Shown here one piece after another: positions 17,378-27,180 of a stretch of 32,000 bases of DNA (position 1 is the first letter of the stretch; every line of letters starts with the position of its first letter). The translations under genes were made by a program, and so were the position numbers. This DNA comes from Formosa sp. Hel1_33_131 (GTDB lineage: Bacteria > Bacteroidota > Bacteroidia > Flavobacteriales > Flavobacteriaceae). The notes under the pieces were generated by a model. The model was not told the origin of the DNA. It saw only the letters and a list, made by a program, of their open reading frames with translations, and did not search any database. The stretch spans positions 240,001 to 272,000 of the forward strand of contig NZ_CP017260.1 in assembly GCF_001735745.1 (NCBI RefSeq), given 5' to 3'.

Positions 17378-20300
17378 ATGAAATACGTTGCTCTATTTAT
17401 TTTTCTAATTACATCTTTATCAAGCTTCTCTCAAGGAGAAGCTTCTCATTGGTATTTTGGGAATGGAGCAGGCTTAATATTTGACACAAATACGGATACG
17501 GTTTCCCCTACCAGTGCAGCTTCCTCTACAATAAACACAAACGAAGGCTGTTCTTCCATTTCTGATTCTAACGGGAATTTATTATTCTATACCGATGGTC
17601 GAAATGTGTGGGATAAAAACCATCAAATAATGTCAAATGCGAATTATAACAATGGCAATGGATTGCTTGGAGACCCCTCAAGCACCTCCTCTGGTTTGAT
17701 CATTCCACGTCCGGGAAATCCTGATAATTATTATGTATTTACAGTAGATGAACCGCATCATAATAATGCATGGGCCTATCCAAATCAAGGGCCGGCAGAT
17801 GTCAATGGAAATACGATTTCTCAATACGATGACCCTGGAGGAGGAGGAGGCTCTGTACCAAACGGCGATGACGGTTTTAATAACGGCCTTAACTATTCTT
17901 TGGTCGATTTGACAATGAATGGTGGCAACGGGGATGTTGTAAGTACCGAAAAAAATAGACCTCTTTTAACCTATGATCCTTTAGATCCAGAGCAAGCGAG
18001 TTTTAAGTGTTCTGAAAAAATTACAGCTGTTGAGCATAATGATGGGCAATCGTATTGGGTTTTAAGTCATTTTATGGATGTCTTTTATGCCTTTCGTGTG
18101 GATGCAAATGGCGTGAATACAACTCCCGTTACCACTCAAATAAATCCCCTTATTACACTCAATGGATACCGCCGGAATTCGATTGGCTATTTAAAATCCT
18201 CCCCCGATGGTACTAAATTAGCGATCTGTCATCACGAACAAGGAACGACTCAGGGACAAAGTGCAAACAGTACGGGAAGTTTTTGGCTTTACGACTTTGA
18301 TGACGCCACAGGAATCGTTAGCAACCCGATGAATCTCGGAAGTAATTCTGGCTTTTATGGGGCCGCCTTTTCAACAGACTCCAGTAAACTATATACGAGT
18401 GCTGGGAGTTCTGTCTATCAATTTGATTTAGATGCAACGGATATCTCTGGGTCTCAACAAACCGTTCAGCAGGGTGGTAATTCTATTTTTGCGCTTCAAC
18501 TTGCGCCTAATGGAAAGATATACGGATCGGTTTTCTCCAACAGTTCATTCCTAGATGTCATTAATAATCCAGATGAATTGGGTGCATTGTGTAACTATGT
18601 AGCAGCAGGTCAAGCCTTGGCTCCAGGCACACAGGCTCGTTTAGGCTTACCTCCCTTTATCCAATCTTTTTTCTTAGCTAAAATTGAAGCTGATAATTTA
18701 TGTTTTGGCAGTGCCACTCAGTTTTCTATTGATAGCAATGAAAATTTTGATAGTATTCAATGGGACTTTGGAGATTCTAGTGCAATGAACACTATCGATT
18801 CTCCAACGCATGTTTATGCAAATACAGGAATTTTTACAGTCTCAGCGACCCTTACTTTAGGTACTGAAGTGAATACCTTTTCAAAAACAATAGAAATTTT
18901 TGAAGTTCCAACGGCATTTAGCCCAAATGATGTTTTAGAATGTGATGATGATAACGATGGTGTAGCCGCTATAAACCTCAACCAAACTACGGATACCGAA
19001 ATATTAAATGGACAACTCCCCCTTAATTACACCATTAAATATTACGAGTCGCAAGTAAATGCGGACACTGATATGGGTGCACTGGCAATGCCTTATCAAA
19101 ACACAAGTAATCCACAGACTCTTTTTGCTCGAATAGAAAACAACTCAAATCAAGAGTGTTTTGATACTACATCCTTTTTGTTAACGGTATTTGATACGCC
19201 AACAGCAAATGCTGTTGCGAACAACGAAGTCTGTGATGATTTTGTGGACGGAGATGGAAGCAACGGCCAAAAAATAACGAACCTTCAAATTTTTGATATG
19301 GATGTGTTAGGATCTCAAGATCCTTTAAAATTTAGGGTGAGCTATTATCAGTCACAAACAGAGGCCGATACGAAAACAAATCCACACCCCTATTTATACT
19401 ACAATGTCACCCCTATAACAGAAGAAGTATTTGTTCGAATTGAAACCATTTTAAATGAAAATTGTTTTGACACGACTTCCTTCAACCTAGTTATAAACCC
19501 CTTACCTGAAGTTATGGGTCTCAATCTGTCACAATGTGATGAAGACGGAATCTATGATGGACTCACAATTTTTAACCTCACGGAAATAAATACAACGCTT
19601 ATAAATAATGTTCCTGACCGAGTTACAAAATTTTATACGAGCTTAACATCTGCTCAAAACTCAACGAATGAAATCGATGGAACGGCGTTTAGCAATTCTT
19701 CAAACCCACAAAATGTGTATGTGCAACTTATTAACTCTAACACAAATTGCTTTGATATTGCAGAACTAACCTTGGCAGTAAATGTCACCACAGGAACAGA
19801 TACAACATTAGAGTCTTGCGATTCTGATGGTACCGAAGATGGACTTTTCAATTTCACCTTAACGGATGCCGATGCTGCGGTGCTTGCTGGCTTGCCTGTA
19901 ACTTATACGCTCAGCTATTATGAAACCTACCAAGAGGCTCTTTTAGAAACCAATCCCCTCACGGCTAATTATACCAATACCACTCCTTACAATCAAACTC
20001 TGTTTGCACGTATTGAAAATGACAATAATTGCTATGGCATCAATCAAGTTGAATTGATCGTGCATGAACTTCCACAGATTGTTATTGAGGAGGAACGCAT
20101 TTATTGCCTAAATACATTTCCTGCTATAATTACGTTAGAGGGTGGTGTCCTCAATGGATTTCCGAATTCATTTTTTTATGATTGGTCTACAGGTGCTACC
20201 ACGCCTCAGATTCAAGTCAATTCAACAGGAACTTATACGGTCACTGTGAGCGATGCCAATGGCTGCTCGAAGCTAAGAACCATCACAGTGCTGCCTTCTA

Positions 20301-20782
20301 ATACAGCAACTTTTGATTCCATAGAAATTGTAGATGCTGTTGAAGCTAATTCCGTCACTATTTTTGTGTCTGGAGAAGGTGATTACGAATATGCTTTGGA
20401 TACGGAGTTCTTTGGATTTCAAGACTCAAATACATTTATTGGAGTTGGACCTGGGTTTCATACGGTATATGTGAGAGACAAAAACGACTGTGGGACGGTC
20501 AAAAAGAATATATCTGTGATTGGATTTCCTAAATTTCTCACTCCCAATGGAGATGGATATAATGATCGCTGGCATGTGTATGGAATCAATACTCCAAACC
20601 AAGCAAACAGCAAAGTGTATATTTTTGACCGATATGGAAAATTGCTTATTCAATTAAATCCTTTAGGTGATGGATGGGATGGTACTTATAATGGTGCTAT
20701 TATGCCAACTTCAGACTATTGGTTTTATGTCAAACTAGAAGACGGACGCTTTTTTAAAGGACATTTTACACTAAAAATATAA
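17378..20782 (+). CDS. T9SS type B sorting domain-containing surface protein (propeller-like head, PKD domain, 4 Cys/DxDxDG repeats, Ig-like region, type B CTD)
   Basis: Signal peptide MKYVALFIFLITSLSSFSQ. The N-terminal HWYFGNGAGLIFD...LLFYTDG...YYVFTVD region is common in Bacteroidota type B cargo. PKD signature WDFGDSS...THVYANTGIFTV lies at ~18701-18903. Four repeat modules have first-Cys codons at 18941, 19232, 19535 and 19817. The C-terminus FLTPNGDGYNDRW...IFDRYGKLL...WDGTYNG...DYWFYV is the gliding-motility-associated C-terminal domain (TIGR04131-type, T9SS type B) at 20528-20779. Confidence 0.9.
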   Translation: MKYVALFIFLITSLSSFSQGEASHWYFGNGAGLIFDTNTDTVSPTSAASSTINTNEGCSSISDSNGNLLFYTDGRNVWDKNHQIMSNANYNNGNGLLGDPSSTSSGLIIPRPGNPDNYYVFTVDEPHHNNAWAYPNQGPADVNGNTISQYDDPGGGGGSVPNGDDGFNNGLNYSLVDLTMNGGNGDVVSTEKNRPLLTYDPLDPEQASFKCSEKITAVEHNDGQSYWVLSHFMDVFYAFRVDANGVNTTPVTTQINPLITLNGYRRNSIGYLKSSPDGTKLAICHHEQGTTQGQSANSTGSFWLYDFDDATGIVSNPMNLGSNSGFYGAAFSTDSSKLYTSAGSSVYQFDLDATDISGSQQTVQQGGNSIFALQLAPNGKIYGSVFSNSSFLDVINNPDELGALCNYVAAGQALAPGTQARLGLPPFIQSFFLAKIEADNLCFGSATQFSIDSNENFDSIQWDFGDSSAMNTIDSPTHVYANTGIFTVSATLTLGTEVNTFSKTIEIFEVPTAFSPNDVLECDDDNDGVAAINLNQTTDTEILNGQLPLNYTIKYYESQVNADTDMGALAMPYQNTSNPQTLFARIENNSNQECFDTTSFLLTVFDTPTANAVANNEVCDDFVDGDGSNGQKITNLQIFDMDVLGSQDPLKFRVSYYQSQTEADTKTNPHPYLYYNVTPITEEVFVRIETILNENCFDTTSFNLVINPLPEVMGLNLSQCDEDGIYDGLTIFNLTEINTTLINNVPDRVTKFYTSLTSAQNSTNEIDGTAFSNSSNPQNVYVQLINSNTNCFDIAELTLAVNVTTGTDTTLESCDSDGTEDGLFNFTLTDADAAVLAGLPVTYTLSYYETYQEALLETNPLTANYTNTTPYNQTLFARIENDNNCYGINQVELIVHELPQIVIEEERIYCLNTFPAIITLEGGVLNGFPNSFFYDWSTGATTPQIQVNSTGTYTVTVSDANGCSKLRTITVLPSNTATFDSIEIVDAVEANSVTIFVSGEGDYEYALDTEFFGFQDSNTFIGVGPGFHTVYVRDKNDCGTVKKNISVIGFPKFLTPNGDGYNDRWHVYGINTPNQANSKVYIFDRYGKLLIQLNPLGDGWDGTYNGAIMPTSDYWFYVKLEDGRFFKGHFTLKI

Positions 20783-20857
20783 ATTGTTTTTTGATACTTA
20801 AAACGATCTCAATTACTCTCTTACTGTCTTTCTTAAAAATCTCAATTATTAAACAAT

Positions 20858-21058
20858 GGAATCAATACACACAACGAAGTCAATAGCGAGGTGTATCTTT
20901 TAGACCGGTATATAAAACTGCTTATCAAATTAAACCCTTTAGGTACTGGTTGGGAAGGTACTTATAATGGCAAACTCACTCCTACTTCGGACTATTGGGT
21001 TTATATTATACTTCAAAATAATAAAATATTTCGAGGACATTTCACATTAAAACGCTAA
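20858..21058 (+). pseudogene. orphan 3' remnant of a T9SS type B CTD gene (last ~66 codons plus stop, no start)
   Basis: Translation of 20858-21055 is GINTHNEVNSEVYLLDRYIKLLIKLNPLGTGWEGTYNGKLTPTSDYWVYIILQNNKIFRGHFTLKR followed by stop. It aligns residue-for-residue with the end of the upstream gene (GINTPNQANSKVYIFDRYGKLLIQLNPLGDGWDGTYNGAIMPTSDYWFYVKLEDGRFFKGHFTLKI). An in-frame TAA at 20834-20836 closes the frame upstream and there is no N-terminal part. Confidence 0.8.
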
Positions 21059-21140
21059 TATTTTGTAAGTAAGTTGTTTTTTAAAAAAAAAAGATGTAAT
21101 TTAAATATATATTATTTTAAGGAAGTTAAACTACCCCCAT

Positions 21141-24100
21141 ATGTTTAAATTATTTACAATATTCTTATTTTTCTCATGCGCCATGGTTTGTGCCCAAACT
21201 ATAGCGATTGACTCTAGTGTTCCGGTAGAGGAACTTATAGAAACCCACCTTTTTGATGGTTGTATTGAAGTTTCAAATGTAAGCAGCTCTGTCAATGGGA
21301 GTGTCATTGGCTTAACGAGCTTTGGAACTTTTTCAAAATCAACTTCAAATTTTCCTTTTGATAATGGAATTGTTTTGTCTACTGGAAATACAAATTCTGC
21401 AGGAAATACGGTTATTACAGCAAACTTAAATGAGGGGGATACAAACTGGGGGACGGATTCTGATTTAGAGGATGAACTCGGCATTACCAACACATTTAAT
21501 GCGACTTCCATTGAATTTGATTTTATTTCAGCTCTTGACAAAGTACGTTTTGAGTATATTTTAGCTTCCGAAGAATATCTGCAATCAGCGTATATCTGTA
21601 ACAATCAAGATGTTTTTGCGCTCCTTATAAGAGAAGCGAGCAGTGCAGGACCTTATACAAACATTGCTAACGTGGGTCCTCAAAACGATCCTATTAGTCC
21701 TGGTTCTATACACCCCGAAATATTTGGGTTTTGTAGTGCTAAAAATTAACCCTTTTTTGACAACTACTCAGTAGGAGATACTAATTTTGATGGCCGTACA
21801 ACTCCTATTTCATCAATCGCTAACATCACACCCAATATCCTGTACCATGCAAAGTTAATTATTGCGGATGGCGTTGATCAAAACTTTGACTCGGCTGTAT
21901 TTATAAAAACAAGTGTTGTGATGCCCGAATTAGACTTAGGAAACGATATAAGTAACTGTGCAAGTTCAGTAGATTTGAATGCGGATATAGGTATTACTCC
22001 CTCTACATATGACTGGTATTTTAACAATGTATTGGTTTTAGCAGATGGTGGTACCACCTTCACAGCAACCCAAACAGGAAGTTATACGGTAAAAGTTACG
22101 ATTCTCTTAAACCAAACGGACTGTATTCATGAAGACACCATCAATGTGACATTAAGTTCCGTACAAACTATAAATCCTGTGTCTGATTATGCGCTTTGTG
22201 ACCCCAATGGCGATGGGTTTGAAAATTTTGATCTATCCACTAAAGATTCAGATGTTTTAGCGGCAGCACCCCCCGCTTCCTATGCCATTTCATACCATTT
22301 GACTCTTGCAAATGCAGAAGCAAATATGAGTCCAATTACAACAAGCATCCAAAACAGCAGCAATCCACAAGTTGTTTATGTACGACTCGAAGATACTACG
22401 GGATGTTTGGCGTATGCCCCTATTAATTTAGTGGTCAATCCCATTCCACCACTTCCAACTCTTATGCCGTTTATCGTATGTGACAGTGATGCAGTAAGAG
22501 ATCAAACGACTGCTTTAGGTTTAACGTCTTTTGACCCCACCATTACCAACGGGGATGCTAATCTTGGCGTAAGCTACCATGCATCACTAGTAGATGCTTC
22601 ATCAGGAAATAACCCACTCGCTTCTAATTTTAGTGCTTCATCGTTACAATTGTTTGCAAGAATTTTTAATATAAACACAGGCTGCTCTAATGTGACTCCT
22701 ATTGATGTAGAAGTGTATAATACTCCCGAACTCTATACCGAGCCAATATTTTTAGATGCCTGTGACCCTGATCATGATGGATTTGCAAGCTTCAATTTAG
22801 AAACTGCTCTACCCCTAGTAATAGCAAACTTAACAGGCTTAACTGCTAGTTTTTATACTTCGATGACAAATGCACAAACGAAAACAGATCCAATACCCGA
22901 TCCAACAAATTATACAAATACAACTACCACAGAAGAGGTTGTATATGTGCGCATCGAAGATGATGTGTCAGGGTGTTTTGGTGTGCGATCCTTTGAAATT
23001 CATACCAATTTATTGTTATCAGAAACAGATTTAAGACCCATTACTTTTTGTGATGAAGATGGCGATGGCATGCATACGTTTGATTTAGACCCTGTAAGTG
23101 ATCTAATTAAAAATATGTTGCTAGGACGGACTCACCATCACCTATTACGAAACCCAAGACGACCAAAATAATAACATCCCCATCACAACACCCACATATA
23201 CTTTTACGGGGCCTTCTGTTACCTTATTTATAGATATTGAAAGTAGCAGTTGTCTGGAACAAACTGAGATTGTTTTTGACTTGATAGACGTGGTGCAATT
23301 CGGCAATATTCCAGACCAAAGAATTTGTGATACGGATGATGATGGTTTTACGGTTTTAAACCTCAATAACTTTGATGCTGCTGTAACAGGAAATCAATCG
23401 GGCTTTCAAGTGCTTTATTTTGAATCTCTTACAAATGCTGAAAATAATATTGGAGCACTCCCAAACAACTATATAAATATTACGAATCCTCAAACTTTAT
23501 ACGTGAGTGTTACAGAAAGTGCTACTGCTTGTGCAGATACCAGTTCTTTTGAAATAACAGTGGTTCCTGCAGCTGTCATCAATCCGCCTTCTCCTATTGT
23601 GATTTGTGATGATGATGGGGATGGCTTTTTTATTATTAATTTAGAGGGGTTAATACCTTCTTTAACTTCTACGCCGAATACCGTTGATTTTTCTTTTTTT
23701 ACAAGTTTAAATAATGCAAATCTAGAAATCGATCCTATAACCGCGACTACCGCATTTGATGCCCAAACTCAAACGCTATACATTCGCGCAGAAGAAAATT
23801 TAACAACCTTAAGATGTCCCGTAATTGTTCCTCTCAACGTCATTGTAAATACGCTACCCATTATTCCTACAATTGAAAATTACGATGTTTGTGTCGACAG
23901 TTCTACCAACCCTACTTTCTTAATGAACACAAAGGATAATGAAATTCTAAACGGACAAAATGGCAAAGAAGTATTCTATTACGAAGATGCTGGTTTCACA
24001 CAATTAATTGATAAAAACCAACCCTATATTGGCAACAACTTTCCACAAACAATTTTTGTGAAAGTTGATAACATCACAGACTCTAATTGTTTTTCCACCG

Positions 24101-25950
24101 CTTCTTTTTCAATAAACATCATACCCTTCCCTGTTTATAATGATACTATTAATGTGGATGTTATTGGGTGTGACACTAATCAAATAGATGGGAAAATAGA
24201 CATTGATTTCAATACGATCATCAATACGTTGACACAAGGCATTACCCCTGCTCCAATGATTTCGTTTTTTACGACCTTAAGCAACGCCGAAAACAACACT
24301 GCTGCACTTCCCTTAAATTATGAAAATACCAGCAACCCACAAACCCTATTTATTAGAATTGAAAACAGCAGTAACGGATGCTATTTAACAGATAGTTTTG
24401 GGATTAATGTATTGTCAACTCCTAACGTTAGACAGGTTAATAACCTCACTAAATGCGATACGGATTATGATGGACTCGGTATTTTTAATATAGAAGATTT
24501 TGAAATTGAAATTTTTGATGTTCGACAAAATTTTCTCATTGCAACTTATTATGACAGTTTACAGAATCTTGAAAATGGATTTCCTGAAATCCCAGATGTA
24601 ACCGCATTCCAAACTACTTCCAACCCTCAAATAATTTATATAAAAGTATTAAATACAGCGACACAATGCTTTACTTCAGCTCCCTTAACACTGACTTCAA
24701 TTTTACCCCCTGCTATCAATCCGATATCTGAGTTTGTGATTTGTGATACGGACACCAATACGTTTGAATTATCAGAAATAAATACGGTTTTAACATCAGT
24801 AACTCAAAATATTTCAATCCATTATTTTGATTCCTTAATGAATGCAGAAAACAATCAAAATCAAATTACAATTTTAAACTATCAATCAAGTAACACTCCT
24901 CTTTTTGTTCGAATTCAAAATACCTTAACAAATTGTTTTCATATTCACAATTTCAACTTCATTGTCAATCCACTTCCGATCGCCAATCAACCGCCAAATT
25001 TAGAAGACTGTGATGATGATTTTGACGGAGAATTAGAGTTTGACATATCTCCACAAACCCTTTTAATTTTAGGAACTCAAAGCCCTTCTAATTTTACCGT
25101 CTCTTATTATGAAAACATGGCTGATGCTGAAGTAGGCAACAACCCGTTAAACCTAACGTTTACAGTTGTTAATACAAAATCTATTGTCGCTAAAATTGTA
25201 AATAACACCACACAATGTGAAAACTATACGTCATTTACTATAATCGTGAACCCAATACCAATAGTTGATATTCCTAAGCAAGTAATTTGTTTGGATAACT
25301 TACCGCTTGTGGTGAGTGCTGACACATTTAACAATGGGGATACTTACTTATGGTCTACGGGTCAAACTACTAGTGAAATTATTATTAATACGATTGGAGC
25401 CTATTCCGTAACTGTGACCACCGCAAAAGGCTGTGTAAACAGCTCAAATTTTGAAGTGATTATTTCTGAAGCAGCCACGATAGAATTTACGGAAGTATTA
25501 AATTTCACAGACCCTAACTCTATTACGGTTACTATAGAAGATGGTATTGGGGATTACCGATATCAATTAGATAATGGACCTCTGCAAACTTCAAACTTTT
25601 TCAACAATGTAACTTTAGGGTATCATACCATTACTGTAGTGGATTTAAATGGCTGTCGCGAAACTACCAAAGAAGTACTTGTGATTAATGCACAAAAGTT
25701 TTTTACTCCTAACAATGACACTTATTTTGACACTTGGAATATTGTTGGAATCGAAACACTCCCAGGCTCTGTTATTTATATATTTGATCGTTATGGAAAA
25801 CTTCTTATTAATTTAAATCATGATTCAGGAGGTTGGAACGGTACCTATAGGGGTAATGAAATGCCTGCTACTGATTACTGGTTTTTGGCGAAAATAAAAA
25901 CACCAACCGAAGAATTTGAATACAAAGGCCATTTTACTCTAAAACGATGA
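21141..25950 (+). pseudogene. disrupted giant T9SS type B cargo gene (choice-of-anchor L head, Ig-like region, 11 Cys/DxDxDG repeats, type B CTD); ~1601 codons if repaired
   Basis: Three track ORFs (21141-21749, 21918-23171, 23281-25950) are pieces of one gene. (1) TAA at 21747-21749 is in frame. The text continues across it as ...GFCSAKN*PFFDNYSVGDTNFDGRTTP...YHAKLIIADGVDQNFDSAVFIKT, an uninterrupted choice-of-anchor L domain. (2) A direct GGAC GGAC duplication at 23124-23131 shifts the frame by +1. Deleting one copy restores ...IKNMLLGLTITYYETQDDQNN, which matches sibling repeats (e.g. IANLTGLTASFYTSMTNAQ). The signal peptide is MFKLFTIFLFFSCAMVCAQ. The CTD at 25693-25947 reads QKFFTPNNDTYFDTWNI...IFDRYGKLL...DYWFLAK. 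Confidence 0.85.
24421..25950 (+). repeat. 1.5-kb dispersed direct repeat: modules B'-C'-A' plus tail, collinear with 28330-29859
   Basis: First-Cys codons at 24454 and 28366 are offset by 3912 nt and the stops by 3909 nt (a one-codon indel, TVTIEDGIGDY vs TVMVKGVGDY). Protein text is collinear throughout at roughly 80-85% identity by eye, with long identical nucleotide runs in the CTD. Confidence 0.85.
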
Positions 25951-25995
25951 CTTGAAAATACTCAAAAATTGACATATTAGTAAATCCCCAAATTT

Positions 25996-27180
25996 ATGAA
26001 AATCAATATTAACTTATTTATTATAGCAATTCTGCTATTTAACCTATTGCCCGCTCAAAACATTTCTTTGTTCAACCAATTAAATGGACATTTAGATTAC
26101 ACAGCGATTGGTAACACCCTTAATAAGTCCGAAAATAACGGTTCTTCGAACTGTATAATTAACACGAATTCTTCAGCAACCTTAAACTTATCTCCTACAC
26201 AAACCGTTGAAGCCGCTTACCTCTATTGGGCAGGCTCGGGGTCTGGCGATTTTAATGTGACTCTAAACACCACCGATATCACACCCTCACGAACCTTCGC
26301 TTATAACATAGGTACTAGACGGCACTTTTTTGCAGCATTTGCAGATGTGACCACTTTAATTCAAACGGAAGGAAACGGTTTATATACCCTTAGTGATTTA
26401 GAACAAAACGTATCGACATATTGCTCTCCTAGCACAAATTTCGCTGGTTGGGCCATTACCATCATTTATTCAGACCCCGCACTTCCCTTCAATCAAGTAA
26501 ACGTCTATGATGGCTTAGAAACTGTCCCTCGTAGTATCACAATTCAATTGGACAATCTTAACGTCATAGATACCACAGGGGCAAAAGTAGGTTTTATAGC
26601 ATGGGAAGGCGATGCTGGCTTGGCTGTGAATGAAGTATTACAAATGAACGGAGTAACCTTTAGTAACCGACCTCTTAATCCCGCAAACAATGCCTTCAAT
26701 GGCACCAATAGTTTCACGAACGATTCCAATTTATACAATATGGATATAGATGTTTATTCTATAGAAAACGCTATCAATGCTGGTGATACCTCTGCAGTCA
26801 TACAATTAACTTCTGGGCAAGATTTAGTAATGGTGAATAATATCATCACCGTATTAAATAGTCAATTACCAGATGCGAGTGTCACTATTGACTCTGTTGA
26901 CCAACGCTGTAACCCTCGTGAATTAACCATTGAATATACTGTAAGAAACTTAAATTCTATGCGATTACTGCCTGCAAATACACCCATCGCTTTTTATGTT
27001 GACACTGTTTTAGTCGCCCAAGCACAAACGTCAAACGATATTCCTGGTGGCGGAACCGAATCTAATACGCTCACTTTTACAGTAGATCCTTTGTTTTTGG
27101 ACCCTATTAATCTTACAATTGTGGTAGATGATAATGGTTCGGGAACTGGAATTATCTCAGAAATTAGTGAAACAAATAAC
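25996..27180 (+). repeat. 1.2-kb dispersed direct repeat: head plus CARDB-like region, collinear with 29905-31101
   Basis: The two gene 5' regions align end to end with a 4-codon length difference. Long near-identical runs occur, e.g. TTTGCAGATGT[G/C]ACCACTTTAATTCAAAC[G/C]GAAGGAAACGGTTTATATACCCTTAGT. Confidence 0.85.

Noticed and set aside
23100-23175. Programmed +1 ribosomal frameshift, or recoding of the TAA at 21747, as an explanation for the split adhesin gene.
   Set aside because: There is no slippery heptamer or stimulatory structure at the shift site, and the shift is fully explained by a GGAC direct duplication. No context is known for TAA readthrough in this group. Two unrelated lesions in one gene fit pseudogenisation better.
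26544-26738. A pair of conserved antisense ORFs, 26544-26738 and 30465-30659, both starting MYKLESFVKLLVPLKALFAGLRG.
   Set aside because: Their conservation follows from the two sense-strand adhesin heads being ~85-90% identical at the nucleotide level. There is no independent evidence of coding.
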